Shown here one piece after another: positions 58,151 through 64,000 of a stretch of 64,000 bases of DNA (the first letter of the stretch is position 1; each line of letters starts with the position of its first letter). Position numbers and translations under genes: made by a program. Below the pieces are notes generated by a model. The model searched no databases. It worked only from the letters and a program-made list of their open reading frames with translations, and was not told the DNA's origin. The DNA comes from the human T2T-CHM13v2.0 reference genome, Homo sapiens: the NCBI RefSeq assembly GCF_009914755.1, contig NC_060932.1. One strand, 5' to 3'.

Positions 58151-60737
58151 AGGGGGAAGGAGATGATACTTGTCTGAGTTGACAGCGGAGCAGTCCCCCT
58201 AGCGAGGATTCAGTGTTGTACCTGAGTGAGGTGGGGAGAAAGTAAGGATGTGTGAGCATGCAGCTCTTTGCCCGTTTGCCTTGGGAAATGAGTACTGGCT
58301 TACCGCGTCCTATGCGACAGCCTTCGAAAAACAACTCTGCTATCCCAGTCTCGTCGTGTGTGACCTTGGACTTCTGCCAAGGCGTGGGCCTCAGTTTCCC
58401 TTTATTACCAAATGCCGAGTACTTGTATGTTGTCACTTCTGCTGCACCCGAGGGTCCACAGGATCGTGAAGTGTCTGCAGTAAATGACATCCAAGCGAAG
58501 GAGACAGGGTTTTGAATGTCAGACCTTGAAACCATTACCAAAAATTCTCATGAAAGCGGCGATGCTTAAATCGAGTCCTAAAATTTTCCATGAATAAACG
58601 AGAAGGTATTGAAAGTGACTGTAAAAAGTGATGAGACATTTGCCAAAGAGACTTCTGAAAATCATTGTCTTTGTTTCGTATGGATGGAGTGTTAAAAGTA
58701 TCTTATATTTCATTTCTTCCTTTCCATCTTCACTTACATCATCAGAGGGAGATGCATTTATGCGTAAAATAATTTTTTAAGTAATTGTAACTTGGCAAAT
58801 TTTGTTGATGAGGTAATTCTGGTGATCGGTCTTAAGTAGGCTAGTGCTTTTGAAGTGTTGCTGAGGGCAGACTGATGGTGAGGTCTTTACCAAGCCTTTC
58901 TGAATTACAAGCCATCTGTTGCTTTATTCCTTCAAAAGAGGAGTGGCAATAAAGGCCGAATTTTGTTCTTAGCAATAAATAGCCATATTTTACATTTATC
59001 TGGTATTTTCCTTTTGCAAAGCATTTTCACTGGTAGGTATTATCTAACCTAACCTTCAAACATCCCCCAGAGGTGGGTGGTGGTATTGTCATTTTACAAA
59101 CCAGGAAACAGGGTCATAGAGGTTAAGTGTTTTGCTCTTGGTAGGCTGCCGCTAAGTGGTTGCCAGAGCCTGAGCTTAAAAATCTTTTGACATTAAATAT
59201 GGTTTACTTTCCTCCCTAACAGCTGCAATCCAGATACAGAATGCAGTAGTAATGATCATATGCTAGATCTTAAAACTAAAGATGTAAACGTGATGTTCAG
59301 CCCAAGCTGCTTCAGTAACCCACCTGCTACCTAATTCCAGCCTTTCCTACTTGCCACTGCTAACGTATACCACCACCATAATTTGTGTTAAAAACTGGGC
59401 TCTGTTTGAGAGGATTCTGCATGTTCATCCCAGAAACAGTGTAGTGACTGCTTTGAATATTCTTACAGCATGATAACTGCAGATTCTGTGAGAATCCCTT
59501 TGGGACCTGGTGCTTTAATGCAGTAGTCTGTTGAGCTTCAGGTTAGGCAGCTTCAAGGAAAAGAAGTATTTTCTTTAATTAAATAATTTGTAGTGTAAGA
59601 ACATTGAACAAAGCAATCTGATATTTTCCTTGTACTAGGCATGTTTCTTTTGTAATAAATCTTGGAAGTTTGTGTTTGACAAAGAACAACATGACTTAAG
59701 GCAACTGCTCAGTGCTTTGGTTTCTTATTTTTACCTTTTAAAAGATGGAGAGTGAGGTTATCTGTTTCATAGGGTGTTAAAGACAATAAATCTATTTTAA
59801 TGCTTCATTTAATACCATATTTTGTTAGATATTTTGGTCTTTTGAAATCATCGGCAAAATATTGGTGTTGTTTATTTGAAAATTTTGATCCCTGGAATCT
59901 CTGGATCAGACTTTGAGAAATACGAAATACTCTTCAAATCTATCATCCGACTCTTCTTACTGTGTCATGTAATTATGCTAATTTTTCACATTTGTAAGGA
60001 TGATAAGAATGAAAAAAACTGATTTCGGTGCTAAAAAATTATGTTACTAAAAGACACAGGTTTGTGTGTAAATATGCCAATGGATAGTTGAAATTAATCG
60101 TTCTGCCTTGTTAGTTTTTTTGTAGTTGTAGACTTCTCAGTACTACTGTGTATAAGTCTTACCACTTGTCAACCTCACTTTTTTCTTTAAAATTAATGTG
60201 TAAAAATGGAAATCTCTAAGTAAAAAGCATTACCAGTTTTATGTGTGGTGGTAGAAGTATTTACTCCCCTCTACCTACAAAATGGTGCTACAACTGTACC
60301 TTCATTTGATATCAAACTAATTTGAGATTTCAACCGGTTAGAAAATAAAGCAACTCATTTTGGAGATCCAAATAAAATTCTATGACAATATATGGAATAT
60401 TGAAGAACATAAAGCTGTGTTTTAAGGGATGTTAAATACTAAACGAAACTCAACCCAGAGCAGCATAATGCTGAGTTAGCAAATTTAAATCCAAGGCAGA
60501 AAATGCAAGCCTAGGAGTTTGTTTTAATAGTATTACTAATATGGTGATAATTCATTGAGGTGGGAAAAGGCTTTAAACATAACAGAAGACCCAGAAGTTC
60601 CAAGGAAAAATCTGAAAAATTTCAGTACATAAAAATAAAAAGCTTTTTTATGGCAAAGCTTAAAAAAGAATCCTTAAATGACAAACTGAGATAAAATACT
60701 TCTATCATAAGTGATTCACGTTCCAGTAAGAGTTTTA

Positions 60738-63135
<2,398 letters not shown>

Positions 63136-63149
63136 GGAAGTCAAATCTT

Positions 63150-63645
63150 GGGTAAGGGGGAACTACTGTACTTACATTTACCCATTTATTATAAAGGCAA
63201 TTACAAAGGACACAGATGAATTAACCCGATGGAAGGAGATGTACAAGGTGAGACAAAGAAGGAGAGAAGAGGAGAAGGGGCGTGGAGCTTCAGTGTTCAG
63301 CTATCTGAGAGCTCACAGAACTCAGTCCTTTTGGGCTTCTATGGAAGTTCATTAAATAGGCAAGATTGATTAGATCACTAGTCATTGGTTTATGGACTCA
63401 AGTTTCAGCTTCTTTCTTCCCAGAAGTGGCGGCTGGGGGTAGGAATCAAAGTTATAACCCTTAATCACTGGGCTGATTCCCCTGGCTACCTAGCCCCCAT
63501 CCTGAAGCTATCTAGGGGCCCCCAGGCACCAGTCATCTGATTATTGTACAAAACAGTCATCACTCCAGAGATTCCAAGGATTTTAGAAGCTATGTCAGAA
63601 AATGGGACAAAGACCAAATATTAATATTTTTTTTATGATATCACA
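63150..63645. mobile_element. MER21-like LTR fragment
   Basis: ATTATAAAGG..ACAAAGGACACAGATGAA ... ATATCACA. Confidence 0.55.
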
Positions 63646-64000
63646 GATGGGAAAGACAAACTAGAAAAACTTGCTTTAACTCTTCATTTAACACCTCTCT
63701 GTAGGGTTTGGCTTTTTAAAATCCATGTTCATATATTTTTGATAAAAGCATACTTATTATAAGTTTAGTTTAAAAGCAAAAGTTTAATTTTGTGTTAATA
63801 CTTAGAATACCAGGTTTTTTTTCAACCTAAAATGAGAATCCAATAGAAATGTTTTCTTTATAATTTATCAAGTATACCAACAGATTAACAACATTTCAAG
63901 ACACTTTGTTGTAAACTTCATTGCGGAAGGCTCCCTTGGGAGTAAGGTAGTAGTAACATTTATTTCTGTGCTTTTCCATATTTATTCTGTCAGGTATTGA

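Noticed and set aside
57727-58182. 151-aa single ORF as the RNF139 product
   Set aside because: The ORF track starts at a non-ATG codon and reads through the donor at 58001; only 57820-58000 is coding.
63961-64000. Pyrimidine tract plus CAG as RNF139 exon 2 acceptor
   Set aside because: The following bases (GTATTGA) do not give the continuation I recall for TRC8 (GVFASS), and the window ends. The true exon 2 is probably further downstream.

Overview
Human (great-ape-type) euchromatic DNA, recognisable as the TRMT12-RNF139 locus (8q24.13). Protein-coding content is limited to the single-exon TRMT12/TYW2 CDS (33592-34938) and RNF139/TRC8 coding exon 1 (57820-58000), which sits in a bidirectional CpG-island promoter. 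Nearly all other listed ORFs are Alu, SVA, L1, ERV or simple-repeat artefacts. The window is dominated by repeats: about 50 Alu pieces (several nested), a full-length SVA inside an old L1, a decayed MER41-related ERV1 provirus with pol/env remnants, solo LTRs (MER41A, MER51, MER4, THE1, MST, MLT1), an ERVL pol/dUTPase relic and DNA-transposon MITEs. I found no evidence of a new multi-gene system. The best second-look items are: a ~1.15-kb UTR-like processed retrocopy splitting a MER45A element, several template-switch scars (a 41-bp templated insertion in THE1, an inverted duplication in MER51, a duplication plus foldback in an Alu), two strong-Kozak uORFs before TRMT12, co-oriented CTCF motifs and a degenerate tRNA-Glu copy. 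Repeat family names come from recalled consensus sequences and boundaries are approximate.
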